Assembly: GCA_963779755.1 (NCBI GenBank) | Contig: CAVZZO010000001.1 | Coordinates: 1,984,001 to 2,048,000 of the forward strand | Reading direction: 5' to 3' | Source of the DNA: an uncultured Gemmatimonadales bacterium | Lineage (GTDB): Bacteria; Gemmatimonadota; Gemmatimonadetes; Gemmatimonadales; GWC2-71-9 | DNA: 64,000 bases | Shown here: positions 32,868 to 42,277 of the stretch, one piece after another | How positions within the stretch are numbered: the first letter of the stretch is position 1 | How the letters are laid out: the number at the start of each line of letters is the position of its first letter | Program-made: the position numbers and the translations under genes | Notes under the pieces: model-generated | Seen by the model: the letters and a program-made list of their open reading frames with translations, nothing else | Told to the model about the DNA's origin: nothing | Database searches by the model: none

Positions 32868-34381
32868 GGCAGGGCTCCCTCGCTGGTAAAGCCGACGGTC
32901 ACGAGCAGGCGGGCTTCCAGCCGGTCGCGCGTGCGGCCGGCCACATGGTCGGCGTTGACGATGTGATGATAGCCGCCATCGGCCGAGAGCTCCACCGGCC
33001 CCACCGCCCCCTGCAGCCCCAGTCCCGCGCGCCAGGTCCGCTCTACCGTGCCGATGAACACCTCGGGGGTGCTGCCCAGCGCCGTGCTCCGGGCCGGCGG
33101 ATAGGGCGCATCGATCATGCCATGGCCCTGCCGCAGGAGGGTCAGATCCGGCAGCAGCAGCAGGCGGTGTTTGAGCGGTACGCTGAGCTGCAGGCGCAGC
33201 TCGTCGTTGTCGGCGAAATTGCGGCCGATGCCTACGCCGGCATCGGTGAAGTCCTGGTGCTGGGGATCAAACGTCCGGAACGCCAGGCTCGACGCCTGGG
33301 AGTACCACGCCCGCCATGCCAGGGCGCTTCCCAGCGGGCCCGAGGCCATGAGCGTGAAGGCGTACCGATCCGGGTTTCGCGTCGCGCTATTCCGTCCTTT
33401 GTAGGTGAAATCGTCCAAGGCGAGCTGGGCCGAGAGCCGGGTGCTGCCGAAGGCCGCCCATTGAAGGTCGAGCCCCAGCATGCTGTTGCTCTCCTGGCCC
33501 AGGCCGTAGGCGTTCTCCAGAAAGCTCAGGCTCAACGGGTTCAGCAGCCGCAATTCGGCCGATCGGTCCTTGCCCGCGAAGACGACCGTTTCCCAGGCGG
33601 CCAGGGAGAAGCGGGGGCTGAACCGCAGGCCCAGGCGGTGCGCGAAGAAATAGCGATGGTACAGGGCGCCGGTGCTGTCGGTTTCGTCGCGCAACTGCGA
33701 GGCCAGGGTGCTGAACCGGATCGCGCGCGTGGTCACTTCCACGCCGATGGCCGGGCGGCCATAGCTGTAGTTGCTGAGGGGGATTCCCGGCAACCCCACC
33801 GGACCCCAGTTCCGGTCCATCTGTCCATAGAACAGGTTGATCCAGCGGAACTGGGCGCTGATGTACGACTCCGCCTGCCGCCCGGATACCTGGATGTCCT
33901 TGCGGCCCGGCCAGTCGGGATCCACCACCAGCCGCGGCTGCAGCACCGGCCGGGTCATGAGGACGATATTGCCGACCACCGCGCCCAATCCTAATTCGGC
34001 ATAGGGCCGCACGCCGCTCGGCCCCGCCGGATGCAGCAGGTCGCGCCGGGCATGGGTGTAGGCCTCGTCGCCCACCCGCGGCGCCACCCGCCAGCGATTT
34101 CCCATCTTCTCGGCGTACCAGGCACGCAACTGGGTAGCCAGCACCCGGTCCGACGCCGAGGCCGACGGCCGCGGGTCCGCCAGTACCCGCAGCAGATCCT
34201 TCTGCCGGAAGGGACGAATCATGGGTGAGGGATCGGTGATCGCCCCCCGCAGAATCAGATGCTCCACCAGCGGGAGTCGCGGGTCGTCCAGCGGCACATA
34301 GGGAGAGGCCTGGGCCTGGGCGCGGGTCGCAACCGCAAGAAGCGCCAGCGCGGTGAGGCCGGCACGCAGAGATCGCAGCAT
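32864..34381 (-). CDS. Exported/outer-membrane protein (capsule assembly Wzi-like)
   Basis: Signal peptide (AQA-QASPYVPLDD), 'GQMDRNWGP' and 'FFAHRL' beta-strand pattern; family assignment is tentative. Confidence 0.6.
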   Translation of the reverse strand: MLRSLRAGLTALALLAVATRAQAQASPYVPLDDPRLPLVEHLILRGAITDPSPMIRPFRQKDLLRVLADPRPSASASDRVLATQLRAWYAEKMGNRWRVAPRVGDEAYTHARRDLLHPAGPSGVRPYAELGLGAVVGNIVLMTRPVLQPRLVVDPDWPGRKDIQVSGRQAESYISAQFRWINLFYGQMDRNWGPVGLPGIPLSNYSYGRPAIGVEVTTRAIRFSTLASQLRDETDSTGALYHRYFFAHRLGLRFSPRFSLAAWETVVFAGKDRSAELRLLNPLSLSFLENAYGLGQESNSMLGLDLQWAAFGSTRLSAQLALDDFTYKGRNSATRNPDRYAFTLMASGPLGSALAWRAWYSQASSLAFRTFDPQHQDFTDAGVGIGRNFADNDELRLQLSVPLKHRLLLLPDLTLLRQGHGMIDAPYPPARSTALGSTPEVFIGTVERTWRAGLGLQGAVGPVELSADGGYHHIVNADHVAGRTRDRLEARLLVTVGFTSEGALP

Positions 34382-34390
34382 TCGCTAACC

Positions 34391-34449
34391 GGTCAGAGGT
34401 CGAAGGTCAAAGGTCAGGGTCGAAGGTCGAAGGTCGAAGGTCGAAGAGG
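34391..34449. repeat. Heptamer tandem repeat (GAAGGTC)n, degenerate
   Basis: ggtcagaggtcgaaggtcaaaggtcagggtcgaaggtcgaaggtcgaaggtcgaag. Confidence 0.85.
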
Positions 34450-34453
34450 CCTT

Positions 34454-34510
34454 CGGTATGCTCCTCAGGAGATTGCTTCGGCGGCTGGCGCCGCCTCGCA
34501 ATGACAGCGA
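34454..34510 (-). repeat. Dispersed palindromic repeat GTCATTGCGAGGCGGC...GCCGCCGAAGCAATCTCC (family A)
   Basis: Near-identical over about 57 bp to 47192-47248. Confidence 0.88.
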
Positions 34511-34513
34511 TTT

Positions 34514-34672
34514 TCCTGCCGTCCTGCCGTCCTGCCGTCCTGCCGTCCTGCCGTCCTGCCGTCCTGCCGTCCTGCCGTCCTGCCGTCCTGCCGTCCTGCC
34601 GTCCTGCCGTCCTGCCGTCCTGCCGTCCTGCCGTCCTGCCGTCCTGCCGTCCTGCCGTCCTGCCGTCCTGCC
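34514..34672. repeat. Octamer tandem repeat (TCCTGCCG) x~20
   Basis: Perfect array, followed by CTCATTC/CCTGATT heptamers to about 34715. Confidence 0.97.
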
Positions 34673-34693
34673 TCATTCCTCATTGCTCATTCC

Positions 34694-35620
34694 TCATTCC
34701 TGATTCCTGATTCCTTTCCGCTCCCGTTCCAGCCGCTGATCATCCCACGAGACCGGATCTTCGATCGGTTCGAGATGGGTGAAGATGGTGCAGAACGACA
34801 CCCGTTCGCGGATCTCGGCCTCGATCTGCTCCAGCAGGTCGTGGCCCCGCTGGACCGACCAGTCGCCGGGAACCAGCACATGAAAGGAAACGAAGCGCCA
34901 GCGGCCGGCCCGGCGGGTGCGCAGCGCGTGGAACTGGACCCCTGCCTCCCGATGGGGCGCCAGGACCTCCAGGATCTGGTTGACCACCGGCTCGGGCAGC
35001 GCGGTATCCAGCAGCCCGAGTGCCGAGCGGCGGAGGAGGTCGATGCCGGTGCGCACGATGTTGGCGGCGACGATGAGCGCGACGATGGGATCGAGCGCGT
35101 TCCACCCGGTGGCCGCCGCGAGGCCCACGCCGCCGATCACCCCGACCGAGGTCCAGACGTCGGTCATCAGGTGGCGGGCGTCGGACTCGAGGGTGATGGA
35201 CTCGAAGCGCCGGCCGGCGCGCGCCAGCACCTGGGCCACCACCAGATTCACCAGCGACGCGATGCCCGAGACGGCGAGGCCCAGCACCGGGGCGTCGATG
35301 GGGCGCGGCGCCAGGAGGCGCTGGACCGAGGTGAAGGCGATGCTCCCCGCTGCCACCAGGATCAGCGCCCCCTCGAATCCGCTGGCGAAGTACTCCGCCT
35401 TGTTGTGGCCGTAGGCGTGGTCTTCGTCGGCCGGCCGGGCCGCCACCGTCAGGGCGATCAGCGCGATCACCGCCGCCAGGAGGTTCACCAGGCTCTCCAG
35501 TGCGTCGGAGAGAATGCCGACCGAGCCGGTGAGGAAATACGCCCCGCCCTTGAGCCCGATGGTGATCAGGGCCGCGAGGATGGAAACCAGGGCGTAGCGC
35601 CGCAGCGAGGGCAGGGACAG
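34694..35620 (-). CDS. Cation diffusion facilitator (FieF-like); start uncertain (CTG 35620 proposed, ORF open to 35722)
   Basis: SDALES, HAYGHNKAEY, HLMTD and HLEP CDF motifs. Confidence 0.9.
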   Translation of the reverse strand: MSLPSLRRYALVSILAALITIGLKGGAYFLTGSVGILSDALESLVNLLAAVIALIALTVAARPADEDHAYGHNKAEYFASGFEGALILVAAGSIAFTSVQRLLAPRPIDAPVLGLAVSGIASLVNLVVAQVLARAGRRFESITLESDARHLMTDVWTSVGVIGGVGLAAATGWNALDPIVALIVAANIVRTGIDLLRRSALGLLDTALPEPVVNQILEVLAPHREAGVQFHALRTRRAGRWRFVSFHVLVPGDWSVQRGHDLLEQIEAEIRERVSFCTIFTHLEPIEDPVSWDDQRLERERKGIRNQE

Positions 35621-35720
35621 CCGATGCCTCGATGGTGGGGTCGGGCCGAAATGTGGAGCCCGGCGGCCTCCGCCACAAGCAGCCGCTGGCAAAGCGGGAG
35701 CGCCTCTGTACCTTTCCCCC

Positions 35721-36725
35721 ATGTCCGACCTGCGTATTGAAGTCTGCCGAGGGGAGCTGGTCGAATCGGTTCATACCGTGCATGCCGCGGTGGTGGACGC
35801 CGGCGGAAGGCTCCTGGCTCGCTCCGGTGATCCCGATCTGGTGACCTTCTGGCGCTCCGCCGCCAAGCCCTTTCAGGCCATGCCGCTGGTGTTGGACGGC
35901 GCCGCCGATCATTTCGCGCTGAGCGAGGCGGAGCTGGCGCTCTGCTGTGCGTCTCACTCCAGCGAACCCATCCACCTGGAAACGGCCGCCGGCATTCTCC
36001 GCAAGCTGGGCTTGCGGGAAGACGCCCTGGCCTGCGGCCCGCATCCCCTCTCTCCCGGCCGCACCGAGCAGGTGCTGCGCGAGCACCTGAATCCCACCCC
36101 GCTCTGGAGCAACTGTTCCGGTAAGCACTCGGGGATGCTGGCGCTGGCCCGGTTCCACGGGTGGCCCATCGAGGGTTATAACCAGGCGGGCCACCCGGTG
36201 CAGGAGCGGATCCTGGAGGAGCTGACCCGCTGGACCGGGCTCTCCCGGCCGGAGATCGCCCTCGCGGTGGACGGCTGCAACACCGTCTGCTATGCGCTGC
36301 CTGTCGCGGCTATGGCGCTGGCCTACGCCCGGTTCGGGTCGTCGCCCGAACCCGGCGCGACCCGCCTGCGGCAGGCCATGATGGGTCACCCATTGCTGGT
36401 GGCCGGCACCGGACAGCCCTGCACCCGGATGATGGAAGCATGGGGCGGGCGCCTGGTGGCCAAGATCGGCGCCGAGGGTGTCTACTGTGCCGCGTTGCCG
36501 CAGGCGGGGCTGGGCATCGCCCTCAAGATCGAGGACGGCGACAGCCGCAGCGCGGTCCCTGCCCTCCTGAGTCTGTTACAGCGCCTGCGCGAGCGCGGAC
36601 TCGCGGGCGAGGTACCCGCCGGGGTCTTCGATCCGCTGCTGGATCTGCTGGACCAACCGCTGCTCAATACCCGCGGGGTGGTTGTGGGCGTTCTGCGCCC
36701 TGCCGGCGCCCCCGTGTTTATTTGA
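35721..36725 (+). CDS. L-asparaginase II (Rhizobium AnsA-type)
   Basis: RGELVESVH, RSAAKPFQA, ASHS, NCSGKH, DGC and KIGAEG. Confidence 0.9.
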   Translation: MSDLRIEVCRGELVESVHTVHAAVVDAGGRLLARSGDPDLVTFWRSAAKPFQAMPLVLDGAADHFALSEAELALCCASHSSEPIHLETAAGILRKLGLREDALACGPHPLSPGRTEQVLREHLNPTPLWSNCSGKHSGMLALARFHGWPIEGYNQAGHPVQERILEELTRWTGLSRPEIALAVDGCNTVCYALPVAAMALAYARFGSSPEPGATRLRQAMMGHPLLVAGTGQPCTRMMEAWGGRLVAKIGAEGVYCAALPQAGLGIALKIEDGDSRSAVPALLSLLQRLRERGLAGEVPAGVFDPLLDLLDQPLLNTRGVVVGVLRPAGAPVFI

Positions 36726-36777
36726 CCAGCGCGGCGTTCGTTCGGTCCCCGGTTTTCCTCGTGGAGGTGCGAGACTG

Positions 36778-37419
36778 ATGCCGAAGCAGGACCAGCTGGA
36801 CCGGCCAACCCTGGCGCTCGTGCGGCTGGCTCCCGCAGTGGCGCTGGGCTACGAGCTCGATATCCGCGACCGGATCGAGGAGGCCCGGGAGAACCAGGTG
36901 CCGACCCCCTGGGTGGAGGAGCTGTTGCTGCAGACCGTGCTGATGGCCGGCTACCCCCGGGCGCTGGTCGCGTTCACGCTGTGGCGCAGCCTCACCGGGG
37001 TGCCGGCCCCCGAGGCCGATCCCGATGCGGACTACGGCCAGGTGGAGGAGTGGACCCGCCGGGGAGAGGCCACCTGCGCCGCCGTCTACGGTGAGAACTA
37101 CCGCCGGCTGCGGGCCAGCGTGCAGGCGCTGCATCCGGCGCTGGACAGCTGGATGATCACCGGCGGCTATGGGCGAACGCTGTCACGTCCTGGCCTGGAC
37201 CTGCTGCGCCGCGAGCTGTGTACCGTGGCTCAGACGGCGGTGCTCGAAGCGCCGCGGCAGCTGCATTCGCACCTGCGGGGCTCGCTCAATGCCGGCGCCA
37301 GCTTCGCCCAGATCGACGCCGTGCTCTCGGTGGTGAACCCGATGCTGTCGCTGGATCAATGGAAACGGGTGAAGGAACTGTGGCACACGGTCAAGGAAGG
37401 CTGGGGTGAAGAAAGTTGA
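36778..37419 (+). CDS. Carboxymuconolactone decarboxylase/AhpD-like family protein
   Basis: E.LLQ..LMAGYPRAL, YGRTLSRPGL..RREL and QLHSHLRG; SD GGAGGTG. Confidence 0.82.
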   Translation: MPKQDQLDRPTLALVRLAPAVALGYELDIRDRIEEARENQVPTPWVEELLLQTVLMAGYPRALVAFTLWRSLTGVPAPEADPDADYGQVEEWTRRGEATCAAVYGENYRRLRASVQALHPALDSWMITGGYGRTLSRPGLDLLRRELCTVAQTAVLEAPRQLHSHLRGSLNAGASFAQIDAVLSVVNPMLSLDQWKRVKELWHTVKEGWGEES

Positions 37420-37427
37420 AAGAGAAA

Positions 37428-37671
37428 TGGACTGAGGACTGAGGACAGGACGGCCCTGAAGGACTTCCTCGCGGCTTTCTATTGGGGAGGCCGCTCGGTC
37501 GCAGGACGGCAGGACGGCAAAAGGAGAGCAGTGTCACCCTGAGCGCAGCGAAGGGGCCCGAAGCGCTGGCTTCCTCCCAATGCCAGTGCCCGGCCCCCGG
37601 CCCCCGGCCCCCGGTCCCTGGTCCCTGATTCCTGATTCCTGATTCCTGATCTTTCCTGATTCCTGATTCCT
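37428..37671. repeat. Composite intergenic repeat: GGACTGA heptamers, family C element (37448-37518), half family B palindrome (37531-37556), CCCCGGC and CCTGATT heptamers
   Basis: Direct reading; modules match 63491-63608 (reverse complement) and 47680-47715. Confidence 0.85.
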
Positions 37672-37693
37672 TCCTTCACTCCCGACCCCTCTC

Positions 37694-38737
37694 ATGCTTA
37701 TCGACCGCGCCGTCATTCACGTCACTGCCGGAACCGGCGGCAGCGGTGCCTGTTCTTTTGCCCGCTTCAAGTACAAGCCCAAGGGCGGCCCCGACGGTGG
37801 GGACGGGGGGCGGGGTGGCAGTATTTACGTTCGGGGCGACGCCAATCTGAGCACGCTGCTCGACTACCGCTACCGCACCGCCTGGAAGGCGGAGCGGGGG
37901 GAGCACGGCAAGGGGAAAACCAAGACCGGCGCCTCGGCCGACGATCTCTACCTGCCGGTGCCGCCCGGCACGGTACTCCGCGACCTCCAGACCGGTGAAG
38001 ACCTGGGCGAAATCCTGCGTGCGGGAGAGACCCTGCTGGTCGCCCGGGGTGGCCGGGGCGGCCGCGGCAACGCCCGCTTCGCCACCGCCACCCACCAGGC
38101 GCCGCGGGAGTGGGAGCCGGGAGAAGAGGGGCAGGAGCGCGAGCTGGAGCTGGTGCTCAAGCTCATCGCCGATGTGGGCCTGGTGGGCGAGCCCAACGCC
38201 GGAAAGAGCACACTGCTCTCGGTGGTGTCCGCCGCCCGGCCCAGGATCGCCGATTATCCATTCACTACCCTGGAGCCGAACCTCGGCGTGGTGCAGCTGG
38301 CCGATCATCGCTCCTTTGTCATCGCCGATATCCCCGGCATCATCGAGGGCGCGCACCAGGGCCGGGGGCTCGGCCTCCAGTTCCTCCAGCACGTCGAGCG
38401 CACCCGGGTCCTTGCCTTTCTGGTGGGGCTCGACAGCGAGGACGCCCAGCGCGCCCTCGACCGCCTGCGGCATGAGGTGGCGAGCTACAGTCCCGAACTG
38501 GCCACCAAGCCCTGGGTTGTGGTGCTCACGAAACGTGATCTGCTCCAGGCCGACGCCGGCCTGCCGCCGCTGGAGGCCCCGGGCGCGGCGGCCGTCACTG
38601 CCATTTCCAGCGTGTCGGGCAGCGGACTGGACGAACTGAAAGACTTGCTCTGGGGCATCGTCCGCGAGGCGCGGACGCAGGAAATGCCAGATGCCCAATT
38701 GGAAGAGGACCTCCCTGCTCCAGGGGAGTCGTCGTGA
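37694..38737 (+). CDS. obgE: GTPase ObgE
   Basis: GGPDGGDGGRGG, LKLIADVGLVGEPNAGKSTL, YPFTT and DIPG. Confidence 0.97.
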   Translation: MLIDRAVIHVTAGTGGSGACSFARFKYKPKGGPDGGDGGRGGSIYVRGDANLSTLLDYRYRTAWKAERGEHGKGKTKTGASADDLYLPVPPGTVLRDLQTGEDLGEILRAGETLLVARGGRGGRGNARFATATHQAPREWEPGEEGQERELELVLKLIADVGLVGEPNAGKSTLLSVVSAARPRIADYPFTTLEPNLGVVQLADHRSFVIADIPGIIEGAHQGRGLGLQFLQHVERTRVLAFLVGLDSEDAQRALDRLRHEVASYSPELATKPWVVVLTKRDLLQADAGLPPLEAPGAAAVTAISSVSGSGLDELKDLLWGIVREARTQEMPDAQLEEDLPAPGESS

Positions 38738-39828
38738 CGCGTGACCGCGCCGCCTATGTGACGCTCGCTCTGACGCCGGGCATCGGCCGGGGACGACTCG
38801 CCCTCCTGCTCGACGCCTGTGGAAGTGCCGAAGGCGCCCTCGCGGCGCCTTCCGCGCTTTTACGTGCCTTGCCGGGGTTCTCCAGCGCCGCCGTCACCAC
38901 CATCAAGGCGGCCGATCCCGCCGTGGGGCAGGCGCTGCTGGACCAGGCGGCGGCCCTTGGGGCCATCTGCCTGCTGCCGCAGGACGAGAGCTTTCCTCGG
39001 GCGTTGCGCGAGATCCCCGACCCACCAGCCCTGGTGTTCGTTCAAGGGAATCCCGCACTGCTGCACCAGGAGGCGGTCGCGGTAGTCGGCAGCCGCGATC
39101 ACACCCACTACGGCGCCGAGGCGGCCCGGCTCGTGGCCGGCTCGGCGGCGCGCCAGGGCCTGGTGGTGGTAAGCGGGATGGCCCGGGGTCTGGATGCGGT
39201 GGCTCATCTCGCCACGCTCGACGCGGGCGGCGGCACCATTGGTGTCCTGGGGAACGGCCTGGGCGTGATCTACCCGGCCGCCAATCGCCGCTTGTACGAG
39301 CGGGTAGCCGAGTGCGGCCTGCTCCTCACCGAGTTTCCACCGGGCGAGCGGCCGCAGGCTCACAGTTTTCCCCGGCGCAACCGGCTGATCAGCGCCCTTG
39401 CGAGGGTCACGGTGGTGGTGGAAGCGGCCGCCGGCAGCGGAGCGCTCATCACCGCCGATTGCGCGCTGGAGCAGGGAAGGGAGGTCATGGCGGTACCGGG
39501 GCCCGTCACCAGCCGGACCAGCGCCGGTGCCAACCGTCTCCTCCGGGATGGCGCCGGCCCCTGGCTGGAGCCGGCCGATCTCGCGGGTCACTATCCGGGC
39601 CTGGCCGCTCCTCCGCCGGGGCGGCCGGTGGAGGAGCGCCGTCCGCGCGCCGATCTTCCCGAGTCGCTGCTGAAGCTATATGCTCAGTTGGGTGGCGAGG
39701 CCCGGCACATCGATGACCTCGTTCGCCACGCCGCCCGCCCCATGGCCGAGACCCTGGCCGCGCTGAGCCAACTGGAACTGGAAGGCTTGGCGGTGCAGGA
39801 GCCGGGCTGGCGCTTCCGGCGTTCCTGA
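38734..39828 (+). CDS. dprA: DNA-processing protein DprA
   Basis: AVVGSR, VSGMARGLD, FPRRNRLIS and SGALITA. Confidence 0.96.
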   Translation: MTRDRAAYVTLALTPGIGRGRLALLLDACGSAEGALAAPSALLRALPGFSSAAVTTIKAADPAVGQALLDQAAALGAICLLPQDESFPRALREIPDPPALVFVQGNPALLHQEAVAVVGSRDHTHYGAEAARLVAGSAARQGLVVVSGMARGLDAVAHLATLDAGGGTIGVLGNGLGVIYPAANRRLYERVAECGLLLTEFPPGERPQAHSFPRRNRLISALARVTVVVEAAAGSGALITADCALEQGREVMAVPGPVTSRTSAGANRLLRDGAGPWLEPADLAGHYPGLAAPPPGRPVEERRPRADLPESLLKLYAQLGGEARHIDDLVRHAARPMAETLAALSQLELEGLAVQEPGWRFRRS

Positions 39829-39866
39829 GCACCGGTACGTCCACAGCCCTGGCGCCTCCATGGTTG

Positions 39867-40007
39867 ACTCACCGCCGAGTACGCAGAGCTACGCCGAGAA
39901 GGATCACTGGCGGAATTGTCTGCTGCCGGCAATGGTGTGACCATGTTTCGTCGGCTGAATGCGCCTCCACAAAGTCGTTCTCTGCGTACTCGGCGGGCTC
40001 GGTGAGT
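39867..40007. repeat. MITE-like element with 17-bp perfect inverted arms
   Basis: CCGCCGAGTACGCAGAG (39872-39888) / CTCTGCGTACTCGGCGG (39980-39996), with outer ACTCACCG/CGGTGAGT. Confidence 0.75.
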
Positions 40008-41087
40008 AAACGCCGCCCGGTCAGGTGGGCCGGCATCGGCCTCCTGGGGCTGTTACTGCTCGCCGGCCCGCTCGCCGCGCAGACCGTCCAGGGTATTCTC
40101 CGTACTGTGGCGGACAGCGCGCCGGCGCCGGGGGCCCTCGTCCTCCTGCTCGACTCCACCGGGGTGGAACAGGCCCGGACGGTGAGCTATGGCTCCGGCG
40201 GCTACTCCCTGAGCGCTGCAGCCGCCGGCAGCTACCATCTCCGGGTGCTGCGGATCGGATCGCTTCCTTTCGAATCGCCCTCCTTCGCCCTGGCTGCGGG
40301 GCAGGTGCTGGCCTATCCGGTCACTTTGCCGCGCTCGCCGGTGGTGCTCACGGAGATCGTCGTGGCCTCGCACTCCGACTGCCGGCTCTACCCCGACTCG
40401 GAGACCACAACCGGCGAGGTGTGGCGGGAGGTGCGGAAGGCGCTGGCCATTACGGTGGAGACCATGCGGCACGGGCCCTATCGATTCACCACCAGCATCC
40501 GGCGCCTGTATTTCGATCCGGATATGCGGCTCATCCGCGGGGACAGCGTTCCGGGGCCGCGGCTGGAGCAGTGGCCGGTGGTGAGCTGGTCGCCCGACAG
40601 CCTGGCGGAGCACGGCTATGTGCGGCGGGGCGACGTGGATATGATCTACTACGGAATCGACCCCGGGCTTCTCTTCTCCACCTCCTTCCTCGATCGCCAC
40701 TGTTTTCACCTGGTCCGCGAGAAACGCAACGACAGTCTCATCGGGCTGGCGTTCGAGCCGGTCAGGGGCATCTCGCGTCCCGATGTGAAAGGCACCCTCT
40801 GGCTCTCGAAGGACGATGCCGAGTTGCGCTATCTCGAGTTTTCCTACGTGAACCTGGAACGCTGGATCCCGCGCGAGAAGACGGGCGGCCGGCTCGATTT
40901 CATGCGGCTGGCCAACGGCGCCTGGCTGGTGCGGCAGTGGTGGATGCAGGCGCCGCGACGGCAGGACCGTCCCGGCATGCGCCGGCCGGCGGTGGCGGGA
41001 TGGACCGTCTGGGGAGGACGGGTGACACAGGTCCTGGATCGCGAGGGCCACCTGTTGCGGACCATCCCGCCGCTGTCGGGACGTTGA
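40002..41087 (+). CDS. Secreted carboxypeptidase-regulatory-like domain protein, paralog 1
   Basis: Signal peptide ending LAAQ, 'GALVLLLDS..G.Y.L..LRIG' Ig-like domain and 'FLDRHCF'. Confidence 0.8.
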   Translation: MSKRRPVRWAGIGLLGLLLLAGPLAAQTVQGILRTVADSAPAPGALVLLLDSTGVEQARTVSYGSGGYSLSAAAAGSYHLRVLRIGSLPFESPSFALAAGQVLAYPVTLPRSPVVLTEIVVASHSDCRLYPDSETTTGEVWREVRKALAITVETMRHGPYRFTTSIRRLYFDPDMRLIRGDSVPGPRLEQWPVVSWSPDSLAEHGYVRRGDVDMIYYGIDPGLLFSTSFLDRHCFHLVREKRNDSLIGLAFEPVRGISRPDVKGTLWLSKDDAELRYLEFSYVNLERWIPREKTGGRLDFMRLANGAWLVRQWWMQAPRRQDRPGMRRPAVAGWTVWGGRVTQVLDREGHLLRTIPPLSGR

Positions 41088-41139
41088 GCGGAGTCGTGCC
41101 GGTTGCGGGCGCCGTTTCGTTGCCGGGGGACCTCCTCCC

Positions 41140-42225
41140 GTGAGGCGCCGGTGCCTGTCGGCGGGCACGGTGGCAGCCGGCGCGATGCTCTCGCTGATTG
41201 CCGCGCCGGTCGCTGCGCAGAGCGTGCAGGGCCTGCTGCGCCAGGCCGCCGACAGCGCGCCGGTCGCCGGCGCCCTGGTGCTGCTGCTGGATTCGGCCGG
41301 GGTGGAGCGGGGGCGCTCCGTCAGCTACACCTCCGGACGCTATGCCGTCACCGCCGGCGCGCCGGGCCGTTACCGGCTCCAGGTGCTCCGCATCGGCTCC
41401 CGGCCCTATCAGACTCCCGCCTTTGCTCTGGCTGCGCGGCAGGTCCTCGCTCTGCCGGTGCTGCTCCCCAGTGCTCGGGTGGTCCTCTCGGAAATCGTGG
41501 TGGCCGCCGATTCCCGCTGCCGTCTGCATCCCGAGGCCGATGCCGTGATGGAGGCCGTCTGGCAGGAGGTCCGGAAAGCGATTGACATCACGGTCGAGAC
41601 CATGCGGCACGGCCCCTATCGCTTCGCCACCGAGCTCCGGCACCAGCGATTCGATCCCGATATGCTGCTCATTCGCGAGGACAGCGAACCCGGACCCCAG
41701 CTGCAGCAATGGCCCGTGGCCAGCCTGCCTCCGGACAGCCTGGCCCGGTCCGGCTACGTCCAGCCGGGCAGCCTGGGCATGGGGCCGATCTACTACGGCA
41801 TCGATCCGGCACTGTTGTTCTCGGCCTCCTTTCTCGACCGGCACTGCTTCTACCTGGTCCAGAACCGCGATGCCCCCGGCCTGATCGGCCTCGCGTTCGA
41901 GCCGGCCGGACGGCCCTCCCACCCGGACGTGCAGGGCACGCTCTGGCTATCCCGCGCCAATGACGAGCTCCGGTATCTCGAGTGGTCCTACACCCGCCTG
42001 GATAGCTGGGTGCCGCAGCAGAAGACCGGCGGTCGGCTCGATTTCATGCGGCTGGACAATGGCGCCTGGCTGGTACGCAACTGGTGGATGCGTGCGCCCA
42101 TGCGTGAGGATCGGGACCGTGGCCATCACGTAGTCGGCGGCTGGGTTGTGCAGGGGGGCCGCGTGACGGACGTGCGCGACCGGCAGGGACAAGTTCTGCA
42201 GCAGGTGCCGCTGCCCGGCGACTGA
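41140..42225 (+). CDS. Secreted carboxypeptidase-regulatory-like domain protein, paralog 2
   Basis: Collinear with and highly similar to 40002-41087. Confidence 0.8.
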   Translation: MRRRCLSAGTVAAGAMLSLIAAPVAAQSVQGLLRQAADSAPVAGALVLLLDSAGVERGRSVSYTSGRYAVTAGAPGRYRLQVLRIGSRPYQTPAFALAARQVLALPVLLPSARVVLSEIVVAADSRCRLHPEADAVMEAVWQEVRKAIDITVETMRHGPYRFATELRHQRFDPDMLLIREDSEPGPQLQQWPVASLPPDSLARSGYVQPGSLGMGPIYYGIDPALLFSASFLDRHCFYLVQNRDAPGLIGLAFEPAGRPSHPDVQGTLWLSRANDELRYLEWSYTRLDSWVPQQKTGGRLDFMRLDNGAWLVRNWWMRAPMREDRDRGHHVVGGWVVQGGRVTDVRDRQGQVLQQVPLPGD

Positions 42226-42277
42226 GCCGTTCGCCGCTCCCCTTTCCCTTTTCCGCTTTCCCGTTTCCCTTCCCCCG

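Noticed and set aside
34407..34710. ORFs with GRQDGRTA / PAVLPSCR repeats (also 63074-63687)
   Set aside because: These are translations of the octamer arrays, which are open in all frames; there is no evidence of real genes.
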